From the NCBI GenBank assembly GCA_947482825.1, contig CANKMT010000015.1:122-64121 (forward strand): a stretch of 64,000 nucleotides of DNA, read 5' to 3'. The number at the start of each line of letters is the position of its first letter. Position 1 is the first letter of the stretch. The translations under genes and the position numbers were made by a program. The notes below the pieces were generated by a model. That model searched no databases. It worked only from the letters and a program-made list of their open reading frames with translations, and was not told where the DNA came from. This DNA is from Betaproteobacteria bacterium (GTDB lineage: Bacteria; Pseudomonadota; Gammaproteobacteria; Burkholderiales; SG8-39). Positions 47,003-56,468 of this stretch are shown here, piece after piece.

Positions 47003-48154
47003 TTACTTGGTGGGCGGCGCGAGCAGCACGGGGTCGTCGATGGTGGCGAAGAAGCGGAACTGGCCGCCCTTGATCACCTGGACCTGCGCCGCCTTGTAGA
47101 TTTCGCCCAGCTCGTTGAAGCCGATCTTGCCGGTCGCGACCTCGAAGTCCTTGATGCCGGCAATCGCCGCACGGATCTTCGTGCCGTCGTCGGCGCCGCC
47201 GCGCCGCAGGCCCTCGGCCGCCACGTAGATGGCGGTGTGCGTGCTTGCCGCCACCATGTCGGCCGGCGCTTTCCACTTGGTTTCGTAATCGGTGATGAAC
47301 TTGCGCATCGGCACGGCTTTGCTGTCGCGATCAAGCGAGGTCGTGATCATTACGCCCTCGGCCGCGTCCTTGGCGACGGTGATGAAGTTGTGGGTGTCGA
47401 AGCCCTCGGTGCCGACGATCGGCGCGGTCACGCCGGCCGCGCGCAATTGCGCCACCAGCGGTCCGCCATTGAAGAAATAGCCCGACACGTACAGGATTTC
47501 GGGGTCGTCCTTCTTCACGCTCGCGACGATGGATCCGAACTGCCGGTCGCCCATCCCGAAGGTGTATTCGCTCGCGATGCTGATGCCGAACCTGCCGGCC
47601 ACTTCCTTGAAGCCTGCCGTAAGGGCCTGGCCGAAATCGTTGTTCAGCGTAAGCAGCGTGACCTTGCGCTTCTTGAGGATTTCGCCGATCAGCTTGGCTG
47701 CGGCCTTGCCCTGGACCTCGCCCATGAACGAAGTGCGGAACACGAAGTTGCCGGCGCGCGTGATGTCGGGGTGGATCGCATAGGCCGAGATGTAAGGGAC
47801 TTTGGCCTGGTGGAACACGCCGGCCGCGGCGCGCGTGGGGCCCGAGTAGCTGCCCGATACGACGATCTTCAGGCCGTCGCCGATGTATTTGTTGGCCAGC
47901 GGCAGCGCCTGGTCGGGACGCGCCTGGTCGTCCTGCACCACCAGCTCGATCTTGCGGCCGTTGACGCCGCCGGCGGCGTTGATCTGCTCGACGGCAAGCT
48001 CAGCGCCCTGGACGGCGGACTTGCCGTCCGATGCGGCAAACCCGGTGAGCGGCGCGTGGAAGCCAATGCGGATGCTCTGCGCCAGCACCGGCGCGGCCGA
48101 TGTGGCGGCCAGTGCGGCTGCAAGCAGGACGGAAGCAATGTGGTGGAATTTCAT
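47003..48154 (-). CDS. Branched-chain amino acid-type ABC substrate-binding protein
   Basis: Signal peptide; PLTG, INAAGGVNGRKIELVVQDD. Confidence 0.9.
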   Translation of the reverse strand: MKFHHIASVLLAAALAATSAAPVLAQSIRIGFHAPLTGFAASDGKSAVQGAELAVEQINAAGGVNGRKIELVVQDDQARPDQALPLANKYIGDGLKIVVSGSYSGPTRAAAGVFHQAKVPYISAYAIHPDITRAGNFVFRTSFMGEVQGKAAAKLIGEILKKRKVTLLTLNNDFGQALTAGFKEVAGRFGISIASEYTFGMGDRQFGSIVASVKKDDPEILYVSGYFFNGGPLVAQLRAAGVTAPIVGTEGFDTHNFITVAKDAAEGVMITTSLDRDSKAVPMRKFITDYETKWKAPADMVAASTHTAIYVAAEGLRRGGADDGTKIRAAIAGIKDFEVATGKIGFNELGEIYKAAQVQVIKGGQFRFFATIDDPVLLAPPTK

Positions 48155-48293
48155 GAAATCTCCTCGAATGCGGTGTTGGACGGCTGGCCATGGACGCGAG
48201 CGAACGCCATGGATGCGTGCGAACGAATATATACTAGCGTCACGTGCCCGGGCCACCCGGCCATGAAGAAAAGCCTGGCCGCTGGAGACAAGA

Positions 48294-49080
48294 TTGAACG
48301 AATCCGACATCGAATTCTTCCACACCGACGGTGCTTGCGTTCTGCGCGGGGTGTTCAAGGATTGGGTCGAGCCGCTGCGCACGGGGATCGCACAGAACAG
48401 GGCGGCGCCAAGTCCCTTCGAGCGCTCGGTCAAGCCTGCCGACGGAAGCGCCCCGTTCTTCCAGGACTATTGCAACTGGCAGCGCGTCCCGGAGTTTCGC
48501 GCCTTCGTCATGGAGTCGCCCGCGGCGAGCCTTGCCGCCAAGCTGATGCGCTCGCGCACGGCGCGGTTTTTCCACGACCACGTGTTGGTCAAAGAGCCCG
48601 GCAGCAGCGTCAAGACGCCCTGGCACCAGGACCAGCCCTACTACTGCGTGGAGGGCGCTCAGAGCGTGAGCTTCTGGATCCCGCTGGAACCGGGTGCCGC
48701 GGGACGTGGTGATGGAGTGCGTGGCCGGCTCGCATCGCTGGGGCAAGGACTTCCGGCCGACCCGGTTCGACGGCACGCCGCTGTATGCCCATGACAAGTT
48801 CGAGGTCGCGCCCGATATCGAGGCGCAACGCGGCGAGCTGCGAATCCTCGGCTGGCCGATGGAGCCGGGCGATGCGATCGCCTTTTCGTTTCGCACCATG
48901 CACGGCGCGCCGGCGAACCGCTCCGGGCGGCAGAGGCGCGTGTTCTCGGCGCGTTGGGTCGGCGACGACGCGGTGTTCTGCGATCGCGGGGGGCGCACCT
49001 CGCCGCCCTTCCCGGAGTTGCAGCTCGAGGACGGCGCGCCGCTCGATGCGCCCGAGTTTCCGGTAGTCTTCCGCACATGA
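48294..49080 (+). pseudogene. Phytanoyl-CoA dioxygenase (PhyH)-family enzyme, +1 frameshift near 48692
   Basis: TPWHQDQPYY in the first frame; GSHRWG, MEPGDA, HGA..N..RR in the second; junction CCG-G-GTG. Confidence 0.8.
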
Positions 49081-50060
49081 GCCTCCTCGCAGACACCAAG
49101 GCGTCTCCCCCCGGCGCGCAAACCGGCCCGGTGAGCGATGACAACCCCGTCATCACCCATCGCGCCAAACTGCGGGCCGGGGAACTCAAAACCCTCGCAA
49201 CGCGCTCCGACGCGAAAGCGCTTCCTTGGCTTGCCGGGCATCTCGCGGTGCTGGCCTGCACCGGGACGCTCGTCTGGATGCTGCGCGACAGCCCCTGGGT
49301 CATTCCGGTCCTGGTGGTGCACGGCTACGTCCTGAGCTTCATGTTCTGTCCTTTCCACGAGGCCGCGCACGTCACCGCGTTCCGGTCGCGCTGGCTCAAC
49401 CTGGTCGTGGGGCATTGCGTCGGCTTCACGCTGCTCCTGCCGTACGGCTATTTCCGCAGGTTCCACTGGGATCACCACCGCTATACGCAGGACCCGGAGC
49501 GCGACCCCGAACTGTTCCTGCCCAAACCGGGCAATGCAATTGAATACGCCTGGCACGTGAGCGGCCTGCAGAACTGGAAGCGGCGCATTTCCAACAGCCT
49601 GGAGCACGCCCTTCTGGGACGGGTGCAGCAACCCTGGATCCCCGAAGACAAGCGCCGCGAGGTCGTCCTCGAGGCGCGGCTCTATCTGCTCGCCTACGCG
49701 CTGGCTTTCGCGGGTTCGGTCGCGCTGCAGAGCTGGGCGCTGGTGTGGCTGTGGATCGTGCCCGGCATGATCGGCCAGTTCTTCCTGCGCAGCTACCTGC
49801 TGGCCGAGCACACCGGCTGTGCCCTCAAGAGCGACATGCTCGAGATGACGCGCACCATCCACACCAATCCCCTGGTGCGCTTCTTTGCATGGAACATGCC
49901 GTACCACACCGAGCACCACGCCTATCCTGCGGTGCCGTTCCATGCGCTTCCCGCACTGCATGCCCACCTGAAGCCGAGCCTGGTGCATGAAACGCGTGGC
50001 TACTGGCGCACGCTATCGGTCGACGTGGCTCGAACCTGGCGCCGTTCCGGCGGCACCTGA
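49077..50060 (+). CDS. Fatty acid desaturase-family membrane di-iron enzyme (MocD-like)
   Basis: His boxes HEAAH, HWDHH, EH, HTEHH. Confidence 0.88.
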   Translation: MSLLADTKASPPGAQTGPVSDDNPVITHRAKLRAGELKTLATRSDAKALPWLAGHLAVLACTGTLVWMLRDSPWVIPVLVVHGYVLSFMFCPFHEAAHVTAFRSRWLNLVVGHCVGFTLLLPYGYFRRFHWDHHRYTQDPERDPELFLPKPGNAIEYAWHVSGLQNWKRRISNSLEHALLGRVQQPWIPEDKRREVVLEARLYLLAYALAFAGSVALQSWALVWLWIVPGMIGQFFLRSYLLAEHTGCALKSDMLEMTRTIHTNPLVRFFAWNMPYHTEHHAYPAVPFHALPALHAHLKPSLVHETRGYWRTLSVDVARTWRRSGGT

Positions 50061-50127
50061 TGGCAGCATTTTGCCCGCAAAGCAAATATCCACGCGGGCC
50101 TTGTGCAAAAAATGGCAGCATTGCCTG
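50059..50127 (+). repeat. Repeat B, 69 bp
   Basis: Lies between the convergent desaturase genes; matches 39158-39226 in inverted orientation. Confidence 0.8.
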
Positions 50128-50141
50128 GCCCCGCTCGCAGC

Positions 50142-51035
50142 TTAGAAACGCGGGTGCGAGGGCGTGAACACCGGCTTCAGGAGCCATCTGCGCGCGATCT
50201 CGCCGTAACCCGAAAAGTAGTAGTTGCCGTTGTGCGCGAGGATTTTTTCGCGATTGTCCCGCCAGTAGCGCGGGATCTCGAACCAGGCCATCTTCGGGAA
50301 CACGTGGTGCACCGCGTGCAGGTTGTTGTTCAGGAATAGCAGCGACCAGAACGCGTTCGACTCGGTGATCGCGGTGCGCTGGCCGGGCCGCTCGCCGTAG
50401 CGGTGTTCGATGAACGAGCGGATCCATCCAAGTCCGAAGGCGGGCCAGGCGATGAACAGCACGTAGTGCCACCAGGGCATGCCGGCCACGCCCGAGATGT
50501 ACCAGAACAGCGCCGCCACCATCACGACGTGCGCTATCCAGTGCGGCACGTGCGAGAAATCGCCTTTCCCCAGCCTTTGCGTTTCACGCAGCACGAGTTT
50601 CTCGAGCCTCAGCAGCGGGCCGACCAGCGCGCGCCCGGCGAGCGTCTGGTTGGCCATGAGTGCCGCGCGGCGTGCCCGCCCGAGGTTCGCCCATGCCCGT
50701 TGCGTCCAGTAGACCGATTCGGTGTCGACGCCGGGCTCGGTGAGGTGCGTGTTCTGGTGGTGCTTGCGGTGTGCCGCATAGTAGAGCGGGAAAGGCAGCC
50801 ACAGACCGACCGGCGGCATGACCACCGCCCAGCGCAGCCACTTGGGCGCCGACAGGAAGGAATGGATCGCTTCGTGCTGGAGCGAGAAATGCCAAGCGAC
50901 GATGTACGTGCAGAGCGGAAAGATCACCCACCAGGGCAGGCTGGCATGAAACCAGATCAGCGCGGCCCAGCCGCCGTAAAGCGCCAGCGCGACCAGCCAG
51001 GTCGGTCCGTCGTTGCGCAGGAACCAGTCTTTCAT
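50142..51035 (-). CDS. Fatty acid desaturase-family membrane di-iron enzyme
   Basis: His boxes HEAIH, HRKHH, EH, HAVHH. Confidence 0.88.
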   Translation of the reverse strand: MKDWFLRNDGPTWLVALALYGGWAALIWFHASLPWWVIFPLCTYIVAWHFSLQHEAIHSFLSAPKWLRWAVVMPPVGLWLPFPLYYAAHRKHHQNTHLTEPGVDTESVYWTQRAWANLGRARRAALMANQTLAGRALVGPLLRLEKLVLRETQRLGKGDFSHVPHWIAHVVMVAALFWYISGVAGMPWWHYVLFIAWPAFGLGWIRSFIEHRYGERPGQRTAITESNAFWSLLFLNNNLHAVHHVFPKMAWFEIPRYWRDNREKILAHNGNYYFSGYGEIARRWLLKPVFTPSHPRF

Positions 51036-51042
51036 TTCGGGT

Positions 51043-52506
51043 TCAAGCGCTTTCCGGCGGCTTCGCGTCGCGCGCGAACACGAGCGGGAACTCGGGCGTG
51101 TCGTAAGCGGTCATGGCGGCATAGTGCACGTCGGCGTCGGCCCTGAAAAGGTCCCGGGTGATCGCCTCCACGGTGCGCGGCACGGCGAACTTCATGGCGT
51201 TGATCGACGAGCCGCTCGGCCCGAAGCTGACCGTGGCGCCGAAATCGAACAAGTGGATCGCGGCCAGGTGCGGGGCGCGGCCGGGGGTGCGCTCGAGCAG
51301 TTCCTGCCCGGGGCCGAGGTAGGGATAGGCGGCCAGGCGCGGGTTCTCCTCGCCGGGCGGGGGCGTGTAACGGTCACGCCAGGTGGCTACTTCGGCAGCC
51401 CAGAACCCGAGCTCGGCGCGCAGCGACACATCCATCTCGAAGCCGGTGCCGCAGATAAGAAAGTCGGCTGCGTGCATCCCGGCAGGCGTGGTGATCCGAA
51501 CGGTATCGCCGTCAACTCCAACGTCCTGCCATGGACTCGCGGTATGCAGCGAAAAATTGGCATGGCGCGTGACCCGGTTCCATGTTTCCACGGGCAGGGC
51601 TTCGCGAACCGACAAGAGGTAGTTCATGAAGCGCCAGCGGCGCGCGTCGTCGAGTGAACCGAAATGGCGCAGGAAACCGGGAAACGAAATCGCCTTGTAC
51701 GGTTGGATGCGCTGCAACTCGGCGCGGCGGCAAAAGAGCGCCACCTGCGCGGCGCCGGCTTCGAGCGCCGTGGCCGCATTATCGAAAGCCGAGGCTCCTG
51801 CGCCAAGCACCGCGACACGCTTGCCGGCGAGGGTAGCGAAGTCGATCGCCTCTGCCGCATGCGCGCGAAAACGCTTCGGCAGCGCGGCGACCGCTTCCGG
51901 CATCCACCAGCGGCCCGAGGACGCAATGCCCATCGCGAGCACGACTTTGCGCGCATGCAGCGTGCGCTCTGCACCGCCGGAGCGCACACGCGCTTCGATG
52001 CAGCCTTTGCCGGGAGACAGGGCGACCAGTTCGGTGTCGTTTTGCACCGGAAGGCGGAGCACGTCGCGCACCCACAGCAGGTAGTCGTGCCAGGTTTCCT
52101 TCGGGATCTTGTTGAATTCGGCAAACGCCTCGGCGCCGTGCTGCGCCTCGTACCAGGACTGGAACGTGAGGGAGGGCAGGGCGAGGTCCGGGCCGGTGAC
52201 GGTCTTCCGGGTGCGCAGCGTCTGCATGCGCGCGAAAGTGCGCCACGGCCCTTCCTCGCCGCGCGGCGCGCGGTCGATCACGAGGATGTTGTCGACCCGT
52301 TCGCGCAAGAGCAAGGCTGCGATCGCCTGTCCGCCCTGGCCCGCGCCGATCACGAGCACGTCGAGCACGCGCGCGCCGGAAGCGGTTCGCCGCTCGGGGA
52401 CCCAGCGCGGTTCGGGATACTTGATGAGTTCGAGGTCGCGCCCGACGCGCTCGCCAAGGGCCGTCAATCCCACAGGCGGAAGGTCGGGCGAATCCGGCCG
52501 GCTCAC
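51043..52506 (-). CDS. FAD/NAD(P)H-dependent monooxygenase, HpyO urate hydroxylase-like
   Basis: GAGQGG, EGPWRTFARMQTLRT, GAGASAFDNA, ICGTGF; purine catabolism context. Confidence 0.75.
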   Translation of the reverse strand: MSRPDSPDLPPVGLTALGERVGRDLELIKYPEPRWVPERRTASGARVLDVLVIGAGQGGQAIAALLLRERVDNILVIDRAPRGEEGPWRTFARMQTLRTRKTVTGPDLALPSLTFQSWYEAQHGAEAFAEFNKIPKETWHDYLLWVRDVLRLPVQNDTELVALSPGKGCIEARVRSGGAERTLHARKVVLAMGIASSGRWWMPEAVAALPKRFRAHAAEAIDFATLAGKRVAVLGAGASAFDNAATALEAGAAQVALFCRRAELQRIQPYKAISFPGFLRHFGSLDDARRWRFMNYLLSVREALPVETWNRVTRHANFSLHTASPWQDVGVDGDTVRITTPAGMHAADFLICGTGFEMDVSLRAELGFWAAEVATWRDRYTPPPGEENPRLAAYPYLGPGQELLERTPGRAPHLAAIHLFDFGATVSFGPSGSSINAMKFAVPRTVEAITRDLFRADADVHYAAMTAYDTPEFPLVFARDAKPPESA

Positions 52507-52507
52507 T

Positions 52508-53131
52508 TCAGGCGTCCGGCGGCAGGCCCGCAATGCCGCCCGGCAGGTCGAAGCGCTGACGGGTGGTGCAATAGCGTCCCGCGAACAGGCGCCCGATCGG
52601 CCGGTAGGCGGTCTCGCTGATGCGCTTGGAGGCCGGGTCGATCACGCCCTCGCGTGCATGGACGACGAGGATCTCGCCGAACACGAACTCCCGCCCCGGG
52701 CCGATCTCCATCCGCTTCCAGACCCGGCACTCGAAGCTGGCCGCGGCTTCGGCGATGCGCGGATGCTTCACCACGGTGCAGGGCGCGGGCGTGAGCCCGG
52801 TCTTCTCGAATTCGCTTTCTTCCTCGGGATACTCGTAGCTGGACAGGTGCATCGCGTCCGCGGTGGACTCATCGACGAGATTGACGACGTACTCGCCGGT
52901 GCGATGGATGTTCTTCAACGTGTGCTTGGTGAGGCCGTCGGAGCGCACGTTGAAACTGGTGACACAAAGCGGTGGTTCTTCGGACAGAACGTTGAAGAAG
53001 GAGAACGGTGCACAGTTGTTGACGCCAGCCTCGTTGACCGTGGAGATCCACGCGATCGGCCGCGGGATCACGAGGCCGATCAGCAGCTTGTAGCGTTCGA
53101 CCGGGTTGACGTCGGTGAGCCTGAGTTCCAT
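52508..53131 (-). CDS. Flavin reductase-like protein (DIM6/NTAB)
   Basis: YKLLIGLVIPRPIAWIST, NCAPFSFFN, IGRL..Y. Confidence 0.88.
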   Translation of the reverse strand: MELRLTDVNPVERYKLLIGLVIPRPIAWISTVNEAGVNNCAPFSFFNVLSEEPPLCVTSFNVRSDGLTKHTLKNIHRTGEYVVNLVDESTADAMHLSSYEYPEEESEFEKTGLTPAPCTVVKHPRIAEAAASFECRVWKRMEIGPGREFVFGEILVVHAREGVIDPASKRISETAYRPIGRLFAGRYCTTRQRFDLPGGIAGLPPDA

Positions 53132-53139
53132 CCGCGGTT

Positions 53140-53430
53140 TCAGTGCGAAACGCGCGTGAAGAACGTGCGCTCGCGCGCCGCGAGCATCGGCACCGCCTCG
53201 GCGAGGTAGGTCTTGAAGGGCTGGGTTCCCTGGTGCTCCTGGAAGGCGGCTTCGCTCTTGTAGACCTCGTAGAGCATGAGGCTGTCGGGGTCGCCGGGCT
53301 CGACGAGCACCTCGAACCTGAGGCACCCGGGCTCGGCGCGCGCAGCGGCCGCGTTGGCGGCCAGCTTTTCCATGAAGGCGGCGCGGGTTTCGGGTTTGGT
53401 GCGGATGCGCACGACAAGGGCGTAGCTCAT
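53140..53430 (-). CDS. ABM / quinol monooxygenase-family protein
   Basis: EPGCLRFEV, LYEVY...AF..H. Confidence 0.85.
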   Translation of the reverse strand: MSYALVVRIRTKPETRAAFMEKLAANAAAARAEPGCLRFEVLVEPGDPDSLMLYEVYKSEAAFQEHQGTQPFKTYLAEAVPMLAARERTFFTRVSH

Positions 53431-53457
53431 GGGGACTTCCTTCTGGAGTGTTGCGGG

Positions 53458-54402
53458 CTAGTTGGCCGGCGTGACTTCGACGCCGACCCGTTCCACGATC
53501 AGTTTGTAATGCTCCGGCCGGCGGTGCGCGGCGAGGTTGAACATCGTCTTCCTGAGGTTCTCGCCGTAGGCCATGTCCGCATTGTGGACGATGACTTCGT
53601 CTTCCTCTGAATTGGTCTTGGCGACGATCTCGCCGCCGGGCGACACGATCACGGAATGCCCGAACATGCGGAAGCCGTCCTCGAAGCCGCACTTGGCCAC
53701 CTCCACCAGCCAGATCGCGTTCTGGAACGCCATGGCCTGCGCCATGATGAGGTGGTGGTGCACGCGCAGGGCCGGCGGCTCGGGGTAGTGCAGGTTCTCG
53801 CTCGGCGTATTGAACCCCAGCGTCACGATCTCGGCGCCCTGCAGGCCGAGCACGCGGAACGCCTCGGGCCAGCGCCGGTCGTTGCAGATCAGCATGCCGG
53901 CGATCATGTCCATGAAGCGGAAGGTTCGGAAACCGAGGTTGCCGACTTCGAAATACTTCTTCTCGAGATGCTGGAAGGCCGCGCCTTGCTTGTGGTCGGC
54001 ATGGCCGGGCAGATGGATCTTGCGGTACTTCCCGACGATCTTGCCGTCGGGCGCGACGAGGATTGCGGTGTTGAATCGGCGGGTGCGTCCTTCCTCTTGC
54101 GTGAGCTCCCCATAACCAATGTAAAAGCCGATGCCATGCTTTTTCGCTTCATCGAACAGCGGCTGCGTCTCGGGCGAAGGCATGCTGGGCTCGAAAAATT
54201 TTCTTTCGGCTTCCGACTCGTCGTCGTACCAGTAACGCGGGAAGAAAGTGGTGAAGGCGAGTTCGGGGAACACCACGAACTTCGCGCCGCGGCTGGCTGC
54301 CTCGCGCAGCATCTCGACCAGGCGCTTGACGGCGGAGGCACGGCTGTCGGCGAGGTTGATCGCGCCGAGTTGGGCGGCGGCGACACAGGTTTTTCTGCTC
54401 AT
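53458..54402 (-). CDS. N-carbamoyl-D-amino acid amidohydrolase (D-carbamoylase)
   Basis: Nitrilase triad FPELA / YRKIHLPGH / ICNDRRWPE; FQHLEK.YF; HRRPEHY. Confidence 0.9.
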   Translation of the reverse strand: MSRKTCVAAAQLGAINLADSRASAVKRLVEMLREAASRGAKFVVFPELAFTTFFPRYWYDDESEAERKFFEPSMPSPETQPLFDEAKKHGIGFYIGYGELTQEEGRTRRFNTAILVAPDGKIVGKYRKIHLPGHADHKQGAAFQHLEKKYFEVGNLGFRTFRFMDMIAGMLICNDRRWPEAFRVLGLQGAEIVTLGFNTPSENLHYPEPPALRVHHHLIMAQAMAFQNAIWLVEVAKCGFEDGFRMFGHSVIVSPGGEIVAKTNSEEDEVIVHNADMAYGENLRKTMFNLAAHRRPEHYKLIVERVGVEVTPAN

Positions 54403-54412
54403 GGGAGGACTC

Positions 54413-55900
54413 TCAGGGTTTGAGTGGGGTGTTCCAGGCTGACAGCTGCGCCATCTCCGGGATCTGCCGGCCGAGCGGGCGCAACGGCTCGGAAGCCGCG
54501 CGCGGCAGGAAGCGTCCGCGTCCGCGCTCGGCCGCGAGCTTGCCGCCTTCGACGATGACATCGCCGCGCGACAACACCGTCACCGGCCAGCCGGTGAGTT
54601 CGCGCCCCTCGTAAGGTGTGTAGCCGGTGTTGTCGTGCACGAGATCCTTGGAGACCGTGACTTTCTTTTCGGGATCCCAGATCGCGATGTCTGCGTCCGA
54701 GCCCACCGCGATGGTGCCTTTCTGCGGATACAGCCCGTAAGTCTGCGCGTGGCGGGCGGAAGTGAGCGCGACGAACTCGTTGATCGAGATCCGGCCCGCC
54801 TTGTACCCGAATGTGAAGAGCAACGGCAGGCGCAGTTCGATCCCCGGCACACCGTTGGCCATTTCCTTGAAAGTCGTCTTGTCGCCGTTGGGAAGCTTGC
54901 CGCTCGCATCCATCTTGTAGGGCGCATGGTCGGACGAATACACGGTGAGCGTGCCGTCTTTGAGGCCCTGCCAGCACGCCTCCTGCGCCGCCTCGTCGCG
55001 CGGCGGCGGCGAGCAGCAGAACGCGGCGCCGAGCACGCCGGGCCGGTCGATGTCTTTTGCGGTCAGGAAGAGGTACTGGGGGCAGGTCTCGGCGAACACT
55101 TTGACGCCGCGTGCCTGCGCCTGGCGGATCGTTTCGATGCCTTCGACCGTCGACACGTGCACGATCAGGATCGGGCAGTCGACCACTTCGGCCAGGGTAA
55201 TGATCCGGTTGATCGCCTCGGCTTCCGATGACCTCGTATGGCAGATCGCGTGGTAGCGCGGAGCGACGTTGCCCTGCTTGACCATCTTGCCGGCCAGCCA
55301 CGAGATGATGCCGTGGTTCTCCGCATGCACCATCAGCAGCGCGCCGTCGCGCCGCGCGACCGACATCACGTCGAGGATCTGCTCATCCGACAATCGCATG
55401 CGGTCGTAGGTCATGAAGATCTTGAACGAGCGGATGCCCTGGCCGATCGCGGCGGGAAGGTCGGTGTCCAGTGTTTTGTCGTTGGGATTGGCGATGATCA
55501 AGTGGAAGCCGTAGTCGATCACCGCCTTTGCTTTCGCGCTCGCCGAATAGCTCGCGAGCACCTTGTCGAGTGCGTCTTCGCGATGCTGGGCGCAGAAAGG
55601 CATGATCGTGGTCGTGCCGCCGAACGCCGCGGAAACCGTGCCTGAGTAGAAGTCGTCGGCGCAGGGGATGCCGAACGACGAGAGCTGCTCGATGTGCACG
55701 TGGCTGTCGATCCCGCCGGGGAGGACGAGCTTGCCGGCCGCGTCGATTACGCGCTTTCCGGAGAGGTCCTTGCCCAATGCGGCGACCTTGCCGCCGGTAA
55801 TGCCTACGTCGGCCTGGAGGGTTTCGGTTGCGGTGGCGACGGTGCCGCCGCGGATGACCAGGTCGTGGGTGTTGCCTTGTTGCGGGGTGGGTGTGCTCAT
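54413..55900 (-). CDS. hydA: Dihydropyrimidinase / D-hydantoinase
   Basis: PGGIDSHVH, SFKIFMTY, HAEN, HVS, ETCPQY, SSDHAP. Confidence 0.88.
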   Translation of the reverse strand: MSTPTPQQGNTHDLVIRGGTVATATETLQADVGITGGKVAALGKDLSGKRVIDAAGKLVLPGGIDSHVHIEQLSSFGIPCADDFYSGTVSAAFGGTTTIMPFCAQHREDALDKVLASYSASAKAKAVIDYGFHLIIANPNDKTLDTDLPAAIGQGIRSFKIFMTYDRMRLSDEQILDVMSVARRDGALLMVHAENHGIISWLAGKMVKQGNVAPRYHAICHTRSSEAEAINRIITLAEVVDCPILIVHVSTVEGIETIRQAQARGVKVFAETCPQYLFLTAKDIDRPGVLGAAFCCSPPPRDEAAQEACWQGLKDGTLTVYSSDHAPYKMDASGKLPNGDKTTFKEMANGVPGIELRLPLLFTFGYKAGRISINEFVALTSARHAQTYGLYPQKGTIAVGSDADIAIWDPEKKVTVSKDLVHDNTGYTPYEGRELTGWPVTVLSRGDVIVEGGKLAAERGRGRFLPRAASEPLRPLGRQIPEMAQLSAWNTPLKP

Positions 55901-55959
55901 TGGCCGATTATGGCGGCCGATGCGGGGACGTCAATAGGTGGATCGACCTTGCGGATTCG

Positions 55960-56460
55960 TTATGCCCGCACGAGGCTGACCGGCCGTCCGAGGCGAAGCT
56001 CGTCGCAGTTGGGCAAGCGGTCGTCACCGCGATCGATCACGAGGAAAGCCTGACCGGCCTCGAGCGCGATCAGCGGCATGTGCCAAACGCCGCGCGCATA
56101 GTTGACGCCTTGCGTCCCGTTGGTGACGAAGGCCCGCAGGTCTTCGGGCCGCACCGACTCGCCGGGCGGTGCGACGACCACGACGAACGCGAAAGGAGCG
56201 AGCGGGATAAACGCCTGGCTGCCGATCGGATGCCGCTCGACGAGGTCGAATGTGTGCGGCAGCGAGGCCGCCTTCAGGGCCCGGGTGATCCCGACGCGGG
56301 TTCGGCCGGAAGCTACGTCCACTTTGGCGAGGTCATTGAAGCGCTCGAAGGTTCCGCCGTTCATGGCTTCGGCGGCGGCCGCGGCTGCATCGATCACATC
56401 GCCGAACGGCGCGAATTTTCCTGCGGTCAGGGGCTCGATCCGGAGGGTGAATGGCGCCAC
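55960..56460 (-). CDS. allA: Ureidoglycolate lyase
   Basis: PLT...FAPFGDVI, ERHPIGSQAFIPL, QGVNYARGVWH. Confidence 0.9.
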   Translation of the reverse strand: MAPFTLRIEPLTAGKFAPFGDVIDAAAAAAEAMNGGTFERFNDLAKVDVASGRTRVGITRALKAASLPHTFDLVERHPIGSQAFIPLAPFAFVVVVAPPGESVRPEDLRAFVTNGTQGVNYARGVWHMPLIALEAGQAFLVIDRGDDRLPNCDELRLGRPVSLVRA

Positions 56461-56468
56461 GGCGGGTG

